From Paramecium tetraurelia (Eukaryota): a stretch of 64,000 nucleotides of DNA. This document shows, in pieces, positions 12,283 through 26,178 of this stretch. Under the pieces are notes generated by a model. That model worked only from the letters and a program-made list of their open reading frames with translations. It ran no database searches and was not told the DNA's origin. How positions within the stretch are numbered: the first letter of the stretch is position 1; each line of letters begins with the position of its first letter. Both the position numbers and the translations under genes were made by a program. The stretch covers positions 248,001 to 312,000 of the forward strand of contig CT868654.1 of NCBI GenBank assembly GCA_000165425.1, written 5' to 3'.

Positions 12283-15200
12283 ATGTTAATTATCATATTA
12301 TTGTTTTAATATTGCAAGACTTTAGATATTGATTGTTAGAATAGTTCAACGATTAATGTTAATTAGTAGACTTACAACTACAATTCATAGTGTATACCCC
12401 CAACTTCATTAGAACTGAATTGTTAGTCTTAAGATAATTACGTAGAGTTGAATGTAGATTCTTCATAAATATGGAATTTAAATAATTTTACAACAAATTG
12501 TCATAGTGTGAAAATCAATACATCCACCATCAATATTGGTAATATAACTAGCAATCAAAAGAAGGCTGGATTTATTGAGAACAAATATATAATAATAATA
12601 GCATCAAAAGACTTTTCATTTCTTCCAAATACAAGAATGAATATGAAGAATTATTTACTTGGATTCTTTCTTAATAGCACATAAAATTATGCAATTATGG
12701 GATTGAATGTCATATCAAATAAAATTCTTTTTGTTTTTAATAATTCAGTGACTTTCGAATCATCATAATTTTTTATGATTACTTCAACTTGTACAAATAA
12801 TGTGAATATTCTACCAGGAATGATTAGCATTTTCAATGTCAATTTTGAGTCTATAGAAGATTACTTATTGCACAATTAATTTATCTACTTATAGTAACCA
12901 ACTCGTTTTACAGCCTTCTTTCAGGTATCTAATTACACTTTCTTTGTGTATACTAACTCTTACTTATAATTAAGTTCCACTTCAGTAAAAGCTAGTCAAA
13001 TAGGAATTTTAAATAATGGCACTATAATTTTGCAAAATAGTAATTTATCAACTTCATATTCTGGTTGTTATATAAACTAGGGGTACTTGAATAAGTTTAT
13101 TTATATATAGCAATGCAAGAGGTCCTGAGTTTATCAATTACAACTAAAAATGCTTTGCTAATGGTGGTTCTAATTCTGGATATGGAGGAATTGGATTGAA
13201 TGTTAGTAATTCATATCTAGGTGATTGTATATTCCTTACAAACTCGACTAGATTCATGTTTGATTTATACCCATACGGTTATCTAATAACAAATCTTTAT
13301 TAAGGATCTGGTGGCAGTTCTGTTAACTTATTAGAAATAGTCAAAGATTTTGGAGAAAATTATACCTAGAATTTCCAATATGGATTTGGTGGGGGTTCAA
13401 TATTTCTGTATGCGAATTCGTCTATCAGTATGGAATAATCTATTTTATCGGCGGATGGATCTCCAGGATATGTTGATAATACAACTAATAATAGTATTGG
13501 AGGAGGTGCAGGGGGATCTATCAAAATATACTCCACCTAGTTAATTAGTGATGAAAATTCTCTAATTTCATTGCAGGGAGGAGATAGTGATTAAAATGGT
13601 TTAGTAGGTGAAGGTGGAGGAGGAGTAATCTAATTTAAGTGTTTGTCTAGTCCATTGAGTCCTTTTCAATACTATGATTTAAATTCCTATTGTTCAAGCA
13701 GTAAATTTCTCGGAACCATAAAAAATGGTCCAGGTGTAAGAAACTAGAAGCTGAGTGCAGGTTTATTTGGGTAACATGGCAGTTTAGTTGAACCTTTATG
13801 TTCTCCTGGTTTTAGAGTAGAGAATTTCTCTTGTGTTCCATGTGATTATACTTCAAAGTAACAATTTTACTCTCTATGGTGGAGTTCATAATGTGTACCC
13901 TGTCCATATACATATGTATATATTTAATGTTGATAAATAGGGGAAATTTTCGTAGAATAATACATTTTGCAATTAAGCTCATATTTGCTAAACTTCAGAT
14001 TGCTGCTTCGAAGATTCCAAAATTCTTAGAAATACTGGAATATAATTGGTTGTTTTTATGATGTTGATCATTATGGGTTATATATTGAGAAGATAATATA
14101 AGAAGAAAGATTCTACAACTGAAAAAAACTTTAACTTTGAGAATGCAACTAAAGAAATCATTGCTGATAAGATAATCACTGAGAGTTTATAGGAAACTGA
14201 TTAGTTTGTATTAGGAGATCTAATGTATCATGCCCATAGAATACCAGTAATAGGCAATAATACTTTTCTCAACCCATGGTTCTTACATTCTGAACCACCA
14301 GTTGAAATTGACAAGGCAGTTAATAAAGAAGAGTATGAAAAGTTTGCTAAGAATTTTAATGAACTTGCTTCTTGGAGTAAGACTAATTACATTATTTTAA
14401 ACATTTTGGCTATTTTATATTATCCACTTTATTGGGGTTGGTAGACTAAAATAAAGAAGGACAAGTATAAACTGTTATCCGCTTTATTAAACAAAAATGA
14501 AATACCGAAATTCTGGAAATAATCATCAGATCAAACATATGGTAGATTTAAAATGACTAAAAGTGCAGATTACTCTCTTTTATATATAGATATATTTAAT
14601 TACAAGAATTGTGATTTAAAATATATTTATCTTACTTGCCCCTTCATTATTTATCTATCTGGTGAAGGTAATTACTTAAGACCTTTTTATCTATGTGAAT
14701 CAGATTAATTTTTAGTTTCTCTTTTCTTTGCTGTGAATTAGACTAAAAATTCTATTTAAAATAGATAAAATATATTGACTAATCTAGTCTGTAAGGATGA
14801 AAGAGAAGAAAACTCAAAGGAAATTAGAAGATTCTTAAAGAAATTCAACAAAGTAGCCATGACTTTAGATTTTGGAGCACTTGACAAGAGTTTCATATCA
14901 AACTTTTAGAGATTATTTGATTTATTAGAGAAGTGGAATAATTAGTTTTTTCAGAATCATAATGTGAAATTGCAATTATTGGTTGCTTAATTTCCATTTG
15001 ATTCTCAACATCAATCATCTACAATCACATTGATTGAAATGAAATAAGAAACTTAATTCAAAGAGTTCATGAGAGAGCTTCACAATAATGTTATCTTTCA
15101 AAAACTACAAGATGTCAAATTTGGTGTATTTATCTTTAATACAGAATAAGACCCTGCTGAGGTTGATTTACAATTAAAAAATCAAAAACTTAGTTTTAAT

Positions 15201-15959
15201 GATATTGAGGATTTTTCTATTAGGAATATTGAATATAACTATGATGATGAGGATGTAATTGATGTGGAACTGTTGAGAGAGTAGTTTTTGTCTAAAAGTA
15301 CTGAAAAGGATCATCAATAGATGGGACACACAAAACATTAGTTCAAATAAATAACTAAGAAGCAAAGTCAAAGACCCAATTCCTTCTCAAAAACCTATTA
15401 TCTCATTATTAGAATATTTGATTATATCAGATTCCAATCATTTTCTCACAAACGAACCTTTTTAGATAAGTATACACTCATCATCATGATTTGTATATTG
15501 ATCTTATTAGATAATGTAATACAGTATTAATATACTATTAGTTCTTATTATAGAGCATTTTAAGTTTAATCATAGGCAAGTATAATCAATTGTATTCTCC
15601 TGATGAATATTAAGAGGCAGATATTATGAGTTTGTAATTAATTTTATTCCCTTATCCACTAACTATAATACTATCGAATTTATTTGAATCAATCTGGGTA
15701 TTTATATATATAATTATGTTAGATACCAAGTTAATCCTATGGTATATTGAAATTGTATTTGATCTTTAATGCTATGGCTACTTTTCAGTATTTTGTGAGT
15801 TTGTTAATTTTTGTAAGCCATCCAAAATCCCAAATTTGCATTTAGGATGCCTTGACTTTTTTGTCATTTCTAATAAAAATCACATTGAATCAATTAAGTG
15901 AGAGATTAATACCCATGAGTACCAAATTAAATTAATTGAGCAATGAAAAATAAATATGA
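12283..15959 (+). CDS. large glycine-rich multi-pass membrane protein (At5g11700/At4g32920-like family)
   Basis: Signal peptide; GSGGS, GGGAGGSI and GEGGGG repeats; Cys-rich CSPG..C..C segment; HAHRIPVIGNNTFLNPWFLHSEPP; C-terminal TM segments. Confidence 0.7.
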
Positions 15960-15992
15960 TTATTAATAATATAAAATATACTTGTATACGAA

Positions 15993-18900
15993 ATGCAAAT
16001 CACTTAAGATATGTTTAAATGGTTGAAGTCACTAAATGTAATCTAAAATGGAATTCCAAAATAAAATGGGAGAATGGAATTAGATCCTGAAACCACATCA
16101 GCCTTCTACAACGGTTTCAAGATGTCAGAACTTTTAGATAAATTAACAGGTGCCTACAATTAATAAGTCAAAATACAAACCAATCCCACAGCTAGATTGT
16201 ATAATTGGAATATAATCACAGAACGATTACATTAAATTAAAGTGGAATTGGATACTGAAATTAAGAAATTAATTATTGATGGTGATTTAGAAATGATTGT
16301 TGAAGTCTTAAAAGATATACAATCCAAATTTGTTAAAGAAGTCTCCTCCAAAATTGATAACCAAAAGAAAACTTTTGATATTGAAACTCTCAATTCTGCA
16401 AAACCAATCAGTTCTTGTGAAACCGTATTAGAATTTGTAATAGTAGCCTTGAGTCAGAATCTCATCTTGAAACCAAAATAATCACAATAGTTACTCAATA
16501 ACAATTTCAAATTGCTCACACATGTCTTTATCAAAGGAGTCAAAGGGTAGTACATTTAATTAGTAACACTCCTCTAAGAAACATACAATAATATGCCCAG
16601 ATTAATTGAACTCTTAAGGGATGAAGAACATCAAATTGGATTCTTTGTTTCATTCCTTAAACTCTCCATATTCTCTAAAGACTCAGAAGTGGTTCATTGG
16701 GGATTACGATTGCTTGGTAAATTAGCATACGATCTAGCATAATTTGACTTGCTGTTTCATATGTTCTAATGGTTATTAAGTATTTAATAGTATCGATCTA
16801 TTTAGGTTCTGGATTATCTAGTCTGATTATAACACTCTAAAGATAACCCTAAATTGGCTGAACCACTTGCAACTGCCTTATCTTAAATTGCAAATTATGA
16901 TTATAGTCAAGTATTTGGACAATAGAAGTATTTTGAGAATCAAATATTCATATATTGAATTTTATGGAGCTTTGATTCCTTATTTAAATTGCGATGTATT
17001 TAGAAATACTATTGATTTAGCTTATCAATTACAATTATGAATAATAAATTCAGATAGCCATAAGATTAAGTGATAACCAAAGTACAAGAGATGAAAAGAA
17101 TGTGGCCATCCAATTTCTATGCAATGCATGGATCCATTATAATGCATTTCTGGAATAAAATATGTAATATCAATAATCCATTTTGGCAATGCTTTAAAGA
17201 ACAGCCAAGGATAGTTCAACAATATTGAAAACTTACTCTATTACATAGGCATTCAAATTACTGGACGGACTGGCTCAAAAGAAAGTGATCACAGCTGTAT
17301 CTGTGTATAAGAAGTTGATTTCAATTCTGATTGAGAGTCAGAATAATGAATATATTGTAAGATAATTCTCCTACATTATTCAAAAATATCCTAGCATTCC
17401 AATAGAATTGCTGATTGATGGTTTAATTAAGAATCAACACCTAAATATATCTGATTGTGACATTTATTATGTACTAAGTGCACATCAGAATTTAAAAGTA
17501 TAATCAGCAATAACAATGTTAGAATTATTAATCAGGATTTACAATAGCAGTGTCTTATTTTAAAGTGCTTTGTTTCCAACAATACAATAAATCATTTAAA
17601 AGTTCATAGAACTTTCAGAATTTTAAGAATACATGAATAGGATGTCTCAGACATGTTTAAATTTATATGTTAATTCTGTCAGGTCTAAGAAGACAACTAC
17701 TACTCTCACCAATTATTAAGATGATTCTGTTGTTAATTCTTAAAGAAGAGCTCAAACTATATAATTATTTAAATACATCATCTAATTGAGATGTTTCTAG
17801 ATGAACAATATGCTTAAACCATTATTTGTTGGAGCACATCTAGAACTTAGAAGTATCGAAAATAGGGACAACAAGGGTATCCTGTAATTGTTGTAAATGC
17901 TTGGTGATCCAAATACTATTGTTGATGAATATGTGACCAAAGATCAGCAGATGACATCTCAATTATTTCTCGAAAAGAAAATGCAGTAAATGGAAGGTAG
18001 TTAATCATAAGCCTTGGAAGATTAATACCTTTAGAAGAATAAGAAATTATTTGAAAAAGAAGAAGATCTAGTCAAATCATTATTATTGGAAGAAAAGAAT
18101 GAATCTAAGAATCTTCAATAAACAAAAAAGAAGAAAAGAAACTATGACTTTGATGAATTCTAATGTGTCTACGAAGAAGGAGAATTAGCATATAAACCTT
18201 AAGATGTTGTATTGATTGATTTTTCATTTGAAGAAGATGTTGATAGAGAATCAATGAATATTGCAATTAAACATTTTTCAAAAACCTTCAGATATTTGTT
18301 TAATAAATATGCATCCACTCCCTAAGAGGCTGCAAAGAATAGATTAAGAAGTTTGGATCAAAGCCAATTGGAATTGAGATCATCTGATATTGTTAAGATA
18401 CTTTAAGACTATGAAATCTTCAATTTCAGTACATATGAGGAGATCATAAATCTTGTTGCCACTGTGAATCATAAGTTTAATCTATTCAGTTTGAGTTCTC
18501 AAATTAGATAACTTCCATAAGACAATCAAACTGAAAAATAATCATCTATTTCAGCTACTACTTCTAGAACAGTCAATTACAAATTAGATTTCGAGAATTT
18601 CAAAAAGTTTCTTATATAATTTGCTGTCCTTATTTTTGGTAGACCTCCTAAAGATTTTAGGAAGATGCCTTCTGGTCATGTTTTGGTTGAATTCTTTAAA
18701 TATTTCTCCTTTGTTGCCAGAAGAAGGAATGACAATCATCTCATTTTTGATGATCCTGATGGTGTCACTACTGTGGCTGATAAAAGTACAATCCAAAAGT
18801 GGAATGCCTAATTATTGTAGAATCCAAATATAGAAGTACCTACTGAAACTAGATTAAAGAAAGTATAAATTGAAAGAGTCTCTTTACATTATTAAATGAG

Positions 18901-20580
18901 AGATGTAATGAAAAATCTAAATAAATCCTATTTAACTTGTTTCGAAATTGTCAATGAACTCATCTAATCTAAATTTAAGTAATTTAATTAATATTTAAAA
19001 TAGAACCAATATTGTTGAGCCAACATTCAAAATCAATCTCATTTATGAAGTCAAACCAATTGCAGCTAAAGGAGTTCATTCAGAATTTAAGGTAGACCCT
19101 TTGGCTGAGAAATAAGAACAATTAAAGAATTCTCTCTCTCTATTGCCTATAGAAAAATAAGAGTTTATGAATAGATCCTTAGATTTGTCTTAATTGTCTG
19201 AAGAGAAGATAATCAACAAGAGTATAGTTGAAAAGATAGTATCGATGTAGGAAGAAGCTTTGAAGAAAGAATTGAAGGATTTAAAATGGCAAAAAAGAAA
19301 GGATTACCTTGATAAACAATAAGATAGAATTTAATAATTTAAAGAGAAGAAGGAAGAAATAAGGTTTAATGAATCTCAAGTAGTTGGAGAGTAATTGAGA
19401 GATTAAAAGCCTAGGCATATCAATTATATGAATAACTTAAAAAAAGAATATAGAAAGAATTAATCTGAAGTGGTTATTAAAAGTTCATTACCATAATAAG
19501 ACGAGAGGAAGGATTCTCCAAAGAAAAAGGGATAATAACCATAATAAGATAATAAATAAAAGCAATAACCTTTACCGGCAGAAAAGAAACCAGCAAAAGA
19601 AGACAAGGCTGAACAAAGGTTTAAAGCAAGAACAGCTGAAATGGCAGCTCATTATAAAACATCTTTAGAGAAGAAGGAAAGATTGAATGAGAAATTCTAG
19701 AACTTTTATAAAGATCCAAAAGTCTAAGCTGAATTTAAACATTTTAGATCATCTGGAAGTGTGGTATTAATTAAAAATATATATTGAGGCATTTAATCAT
19801 TACCTTAAGTATTCTGATGCTTGGAATTATAGTGGGAAAAAGATCGTATTGCAAGGTTGGTTAGATTTTGCAAATGCTTTCAATTTAATGTAGGTGTTCA
19901 GTGAAGAATAATTAATAAAGGTGTTTACGAATACATTGAAACAAAAGAACTATGTTGCTCATAGAGAAGCAGTCTAAAAGAATTTAAAATATCAAGATGA
20001 AATAGGGTTAACATATTTTGAATTTGAATATGTGTTATTGAAAATAGCCATTATGGGTCAGGAATACTTCAATGCAATTTAAAGTGGTAAGAAATTGGAT
20101 GATAATTTAAAATAACTAATCATATACAAGGAGAAACAAAGTAAAAAACCAAAAATTAAACACAAATATGTTGAAATGTTGGAGGACAATATGAATAAGA
20201 CTACTAGCTTCACCTTAGCAGCCTGTTTGGCATACTTGGATATCCCATAGAATAAGGATCTGTTTGCTGGTAAATTGAGATCAATTGAAGGAGATGATAT
20301 TATAGAGGAGACAAAGCCAAAACATTAATCTGTTGGTAGATATTTAAATTAAAGTTGATTAGACATGCAATCATTGAAAAAGAGATAGGGATTGCCAGAG
20401 AGTCCACAGGTAAAGAAGAACAGTAAATGGTCAGAGCCAGGAACACATGGTAAACCAGGACAGGAGAAGAAATCAATGACAGATTCTCAACTTAAGTTAC
20501 CTTATCTTCCAAAGGATGCCAAGAGTAAAGAGTTACTGGAAATTACGAAGAAGTGGGAAGAGGAGAGGAAGAAAAAGTGA
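15993..20580 (+). CDS. large protein with N-terminal CH-like domain, helical repeats and coiled coil; two apparent +1 frameshifts near 16848 and 16943
   Basis: MQITQDMFKWLKSL...RLYNWNIITERL..ELDTEIKKLIIDGD (SPEF1/CH_2-like); ends KKWEEERKKK TGA 20578-20580. Confidence 0.65.
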
Positions 20581-20606
20581 TTCAGTTTTATTAATATATA
20601 TTAATA

Positions 20607-21931
20607 ATGAACAATTTAAGAAGCTGTTTATAATCAGAATAGGCTTATAGGGAAACAAAAGAATATAAGGATAATATAGAAGATGAGTATGTAAATTCTT
20701 AATAAACGTAGGGCTACTTTGAGATATGTGTTGGAGACCATTGAAGAGATTCTTTATTGTAAATAATCAGAGCCTATAGAGATGGTTTTAGGGATGAGAG
20801 TAAGTCTGTTGGTTTGATTTAGCTGAGCAGTTAATAAAAGAACTAATGGATCTTCATCATGAGTGTGTATTGGATGGAGTCACAAGGAATATAGTGTAAT
20901 TGATTGAAGAGATCATCAAAGGGGATTAGAAGAAGAGAGAGAGAGGGAAGTACTATTTCAGCGAGAACCCAGGTAGTTTAATGTAGAAAATTAGATTAAT
21001 AATTGATGCTTTTAGGGAATACTCTTGTGAGATTATCATTGGAGAGCATATTTGTTTGGAATTTATGGCATCCACATAATCCAGTGATCAGTCAAATGTA
21101 TGGAGAGATCTATGGCTTAGATATTAGAGATTGAAACAGAGTGGAGTAGAGTTCCCTAAGTTACACTATTTCAACGCTTAGAAAGTCAAGGAATATTATA
21201 TGCTAGTCAAAGAGAATTCAAAGAATGGAACCTTATGTAGACAACAGTCTTCAGTCTTGAATGAATAATGTTTCGAATAATTAAAACAGGCTATTGAAAG
21301 AAGTTAATTTAACAATGGGAAATTGCATGAGATCAATGAAGAATTAAAATGTAAATACTGGACTATTTATAGAGATCAAAACTGTCAATGAAAACCAGAA
21401 ACTCTTCATTGAGAACTTTGACAAAGCCTATTAAGATTATCTTGTTAACAAATAGTTGGAGTAATTTAATAACTAAATTCATTCGATGTAATTATGTAAT
21501 TGACTTTAGTTGTTAAGAATACGACGAATTCCAAACTTATCAGAATAAAAACAATCAACTATGCAGTTATTCTACAGATAAATAGAGCAATCACATCTCC
21601 AGAACTGTTAGTGTACTTTCCCTTTTATTTATTGTAGTATCAAAATTCTCAACACAAAAACAATCAATCCATTGAAAAACTACTCCAAGAAAACGATATC
21701 ATCCAAGCTCAAATCCAAAGTTTTGAAATACCAAAAGCCTCTACTAAAATATAAGATTAATATTATTGAGTATATTCTATATTATTAATATTTTCTTCAA
21801 TTATGATAAGTGACTCCATCTCCTTTGAAAAAGAATTGGAAATCAAAAAAAAGAGAGAGTCTAGGAAAGAGAGATCCAAATTTGATGACATTATGTATTA
21901 CCTCAATTTCTAACTTCAGAGAAGAAAATGA
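20607..21931 (+). CDS. VHS-like domain protein
   Basis: After splicing: RLIKELMD...LVRLSLESIFVWNLW...IYQRLKQSGVEFP, which fits the VHS C-terminal signature Y..LK..GV.FP. Confidence 0.55.
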
Positions 21932-21941
21932 AAATTAGAAA

Positions 21942-22838
21942 ATGACATGTTACGAAAGTACTCTTAATTGTCTTGGTTCATGTTTTGGGACTTTAAGAGC
22001 ATGGATGCCCTGCTGTTTTTGTTGTTGTCCTTATCCATATTATCTCATAACGTAAGGGTAGAAAGGATTACTTCAGAAATTTGGTAAATATCAAAGAACT
22101 TTGGAGTCTGGTCTTCATGAAATTAACCCGTAATTTATTTATTCATTTTTCATTCTTAGATTTACCGATAGAGTGATTCCAGTCAGCACCAAGACTTTGT
22201 ATAATTATCAAATTATATTTCAGTATCATAGATTTAGAAAGATAACTTGTCTTAACTAAGGATAATATAACTGTCAACATTGACACCATTGTCTACTATC
22301 GAGTTGTGGATGTCATGAAGTCTGCATATAGAGTTAAAATGATTGTTGAAGCAGTAAAGGAAATCACTTATGCTGTAATCATGCACCCTTCTATTCCCAT
22401 AGACTTTACGTACCATTTGTGGAGAACACACCTTATAGGACATTATTGAGAATAGATAGAAGATAGCAGATGAAATTGAAGGATTTATTTTTGACGTAGT
22501 TTCTGAGTGGGGTATTCATTTATTATTATTAAGGTATTTATTTGGAGCATATTTTCATTAAGGATATGTTAATGAATGATGAATTGCAAAGCTCATTATC
22601 TAATGCTCCAAAAGCTTAAAGACTTGCTTAATCCAAAATTATTTCAGCTCAAGTATTTTATATATCAAATCTATAGAGTGACGTCGCTGCTGCCAAATTA
22701 TTGAGAGAAGCTGCTGATATGTTGGACTCTAAAGCTGCCATGTAGATCAGGTATTTTGAAACCGTGTAATTGATTGCCAAAAATAAAAACCCAAAAATAC
22801 TTTTTCTATCTATGGATTAATAAAATCAAAAAAAATGA
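21942..22838 (+). CDS. stomatin (SPFH/band 7) family protein
   Basis: Cys-rich N-terminus WMPCCFCCCPYP, LQKFGKY, LTKDNITVNID, SEWG, AAKLLREAADML, AAMQIRY; several tiny introns. Confidence 0.9.
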
Positions 22839-22865
22839 TTAATATATATATATTTTTAGAAATAC

Positions 22866-23173
22866 ATGTTAAAATAGATTATTTTACTCTTATTTATTAC
22901 GTCCATTCTTACAATTGACTGCGATTATTGTAAAGCTGAATTATTAGATAGTCTAAGGGTAATTTCTATTATTGATAATAGGTCAAAACGGATAGTGTAA
23001 TTGTTAAATGTTTAGATTCTGATTTCTCTAAGAATCCTATTGGAACCATATTTGGGAATTGTCTTTCTATCTAAGGAGTTGATCCCTCAAAAATCAAGCA
23101 ACTAGTATCCTGTATAACCTCTAATTGCTGGGATCAATGGATTAATCAAAAAAATGAATAGTTTTTATTCTGA
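22866..23173 (+). CDS. small secreted 6-cysteine protein (94 aa)
   Basis: Exon 22866-22958, 23-nt intron 22959-22981, exon 22982-23173; signal peptide then CxxC...C...C...CxxxxC. Confidence 0.7.
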
Positions 23174-23257
23174 AATTGTTATTAATATATTATTTTACTA
23201 ATTTAATTTCTTTATTCAGACCTATGATCTAAAATTATATTTAATAATATCTTAATT

Positions 23258-24075
23258 ATGAATATTCAAGATAATTTAATACTTCTAAACCATGAATTAC
23301 ACATTTCCAATAATAAGCTCTAACTTCGAGTTGAAGTACTCTCACAACAAAACAATTTATTAAAAAAGAAACTTGTAGAGTAGCACAACATTACCAATCA
23401 AATTCAATCCTTACAAAATGAAAACAATCAACTCAAATAGGACATCTTGGCACTCCAAGAAACACTATTCAATTTATAGACAGAGAAAAATAATGAAATT
23501 GAACAATCCTACTCTTCTATGCTTCAAACCTTGTCAAAGGAAAATGAAAAGGAACTCGCTTACTTAAAACAAGAATACAAGGATCACATTTATAAATTAC
23601 AGTAAGAAAAAAACTAATTGTTTGAATAAGCAGTTTCTATGGGCATTTAAAATTAAACAGCAAAGAATTTAGAGTTGTAAACTACTAAAATCATCTAAAT
23701 CGCTTAAAAATTAGAGTAACTTTTATATCCATTTTATTATAGGAAAATATTATGCGAATCGCCTTAGAATTAAGAAAGTAAAAAAGAGAAAGTTAATTCT
23801 GCTAGAGAAATTTACGATAATTTGATTAATTAATTAAATACAGACTTAAATAAAAATTAGAAGGACTATGAAAAATGTGACAAATTTTATCAGTAATCAC
23901 TTCATATAAATTTATTAGTACTCCGACTGTAGCTAAGAATCCCAATTCAACCAAATAAAAAGATAGACCAATCAATTTTACTAAATTGTTATCTCTGACT
24001 CGAACTAATGAGTCCCCTAGAAGTTAAGCTTATTTAAATCCCATTTCATTATAAACTGGAAACAAAAAGTGTTGA
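23258..24075 (+). CDS. hypothetical coiled-coil protein
   Basis: ATG 23258 (MNIQDNLILLNHEL) to TGA 24073-24075 with two short introns. Confidence 0.6.
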
Positions 24076-24340
24076 TTTCATTATAATAATTATTATATTA
24101 TTTTTGAGTATTAACTTATATTTCTCTTCACTTAAACTATAATTTATACATTTACATTCTAAATTTTTAATAATCATGAAAATTAAATTTGAGAGAAGTT
24201 AATAATAGTTATTCTAAAAATTGAAGATATTATTAATTTAGATATTGTTGTTTAATCAAAACACATTTATATATTTAGATCTGAAGTTTTCTAATTGCAA
24301 TAACTTACATAGTCTTTATGATATATATTATTTTATCATA

Positions 24341-25955
24341 ATGAATTAATCTCAAATATAAACTAATCACAAATCAATAAAAAAGGATCCAGGGGAGAAT
24401 AGTAACAAATTATCCAGTGGATCGATAGTGGCAACTAAATTTAGATTGATAGATAAAGTAGGTTAAGGCAGTTTTGGAATGATTTATAAGACAGAGAATA
24501 TGGAGACTGGGGAAATATTTGCGACTAAATTTGAGAAGAGAGAAGAAAATTCAAATGGATCAGTTAGTTTGTTAGTGAGGGAAATAAAGGTATTGATTGA
24601 GGTGCAAGATTTTGAGGGTAAATGATAATATAAATTTGATAGGATTTCCTTAGATTGTATTTTACGGAAGGGATGAGCAGTACAATTATTTCATGCAAAC
24701 GTATCTGGGATACAATTTGGAATAATTATTAAAGAGATGCAATTACAAATTTAGCATTCAGACTGTTTTAAGGATTGGAATTATATTAATGGAGAGAATC
24801 AAGATGTTGCATTCAAAAAACTTAATTCATAGAGATTTAAAACCTGATAACATGTGTATAGGGTATGATGATATCGATTAGATATATTTAATCGATTTTG
24901 GTTTGGCCAAGTACTATAGAAATTCATAGGGTGATCACATACCCTAAAATGAGAGAAGAGGAATGATTGGGACAGCTAGATATGCAAGTCTAACAGCACA
25001 TTTAGGTCAATTATCATTTCTAATTTAAAGGAAAGGAACAATCTCGAAAAGATGATATTGAGAGTCTGGGATATGTATTAGTCTATCTGGCTAAAGGTCG
25101 TCTTCCATGGATGAATCTAAACACCTCTACAAAGTCAGAGAAGTATTAAAAAATTAAAGAATTTAAACAATAAATCACTTTAGAGAAGTTATGTGAAGGA
25201 TTGCCGAAAGTTTAACGTCATATTCATCATATAAGTGTTTCTTGAATCTATTTATCTATGCACGTGGCCTTGATTTTTAAGGAGAACCAGAATATTCGTT
25301 TCTAAGAGATCAATTTTAGAAATAATACTAAATCGAGGTATAATCCTCATAGAACCATGTTCCATTGGATTTCGAGTGGGAGCGTTTACCTGAACTCAAA
25401 AAAAGAAAACAAAGGGTTATAGCAAATCTGTTGAAATAAAAACTAGGTACTTGTCTCTAATTGTATAAGAAAAATAAACTGAAGTTAAGCCTGAATTGGA
25501 CATTAAGAAAAGTTACGATGAAAAACCAGAATAAAGAGGAAGTTCTTTTCTAAATGTGCCTGTCTATGAAAATGAATAATAATAGCTTTCCCCTGAAAAA
25601 AATAAACAAAGCAGAGTAAGGATTATAAGTTTATTAAATTTAGAGATGCAGTTAAAATATATCTAGCATGGGTACTAGTTAAATCAACAATTATCATTAT
25701 TAAAGTTAGAAAGAGAATTTTAGAAAGTTTGCTTTTGAAAAACGTGAGTAATCTTATTTTTCGATTGAAAAAAAAGAGTAGACTCAAAAGAACTTCTTAA
25801 AGTAAACATCAACTAAAGCTGAACGTCAATAAGCATTATAGGATATAGATAATGATTATAGAGATTTTGATGATTTAGATTAATTGGCAGATGAGGAAAC
25901 CAATATTGCCATCTTTAATATTACTCCTCATTTATCAAGGAGAAAGTTTTAATGA
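24341..25955 (+). CDS. casein kinase I family protein kinase
   Basis: [48 protein letters not shown]. Confidence 0.92.
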
Positions 25956-26178
25956 TTATTTAAAATATTTCATTCCCAAATTATTAATTATCTTTTCTAA
26001 ATTTGTAATTAATATCTATCTAAATTTGAATCACAATTATTAGTTAGCTTTGTATAATCATAATATTATATGTATTATTTCTCAGGCCATCTTTAGTTGG
26101 AAACTAAGAAAAGTAATCAGATAATATATGATAGTATTTTAGAATTAATTAGCTTTAATGATGATATATTAAATAATT

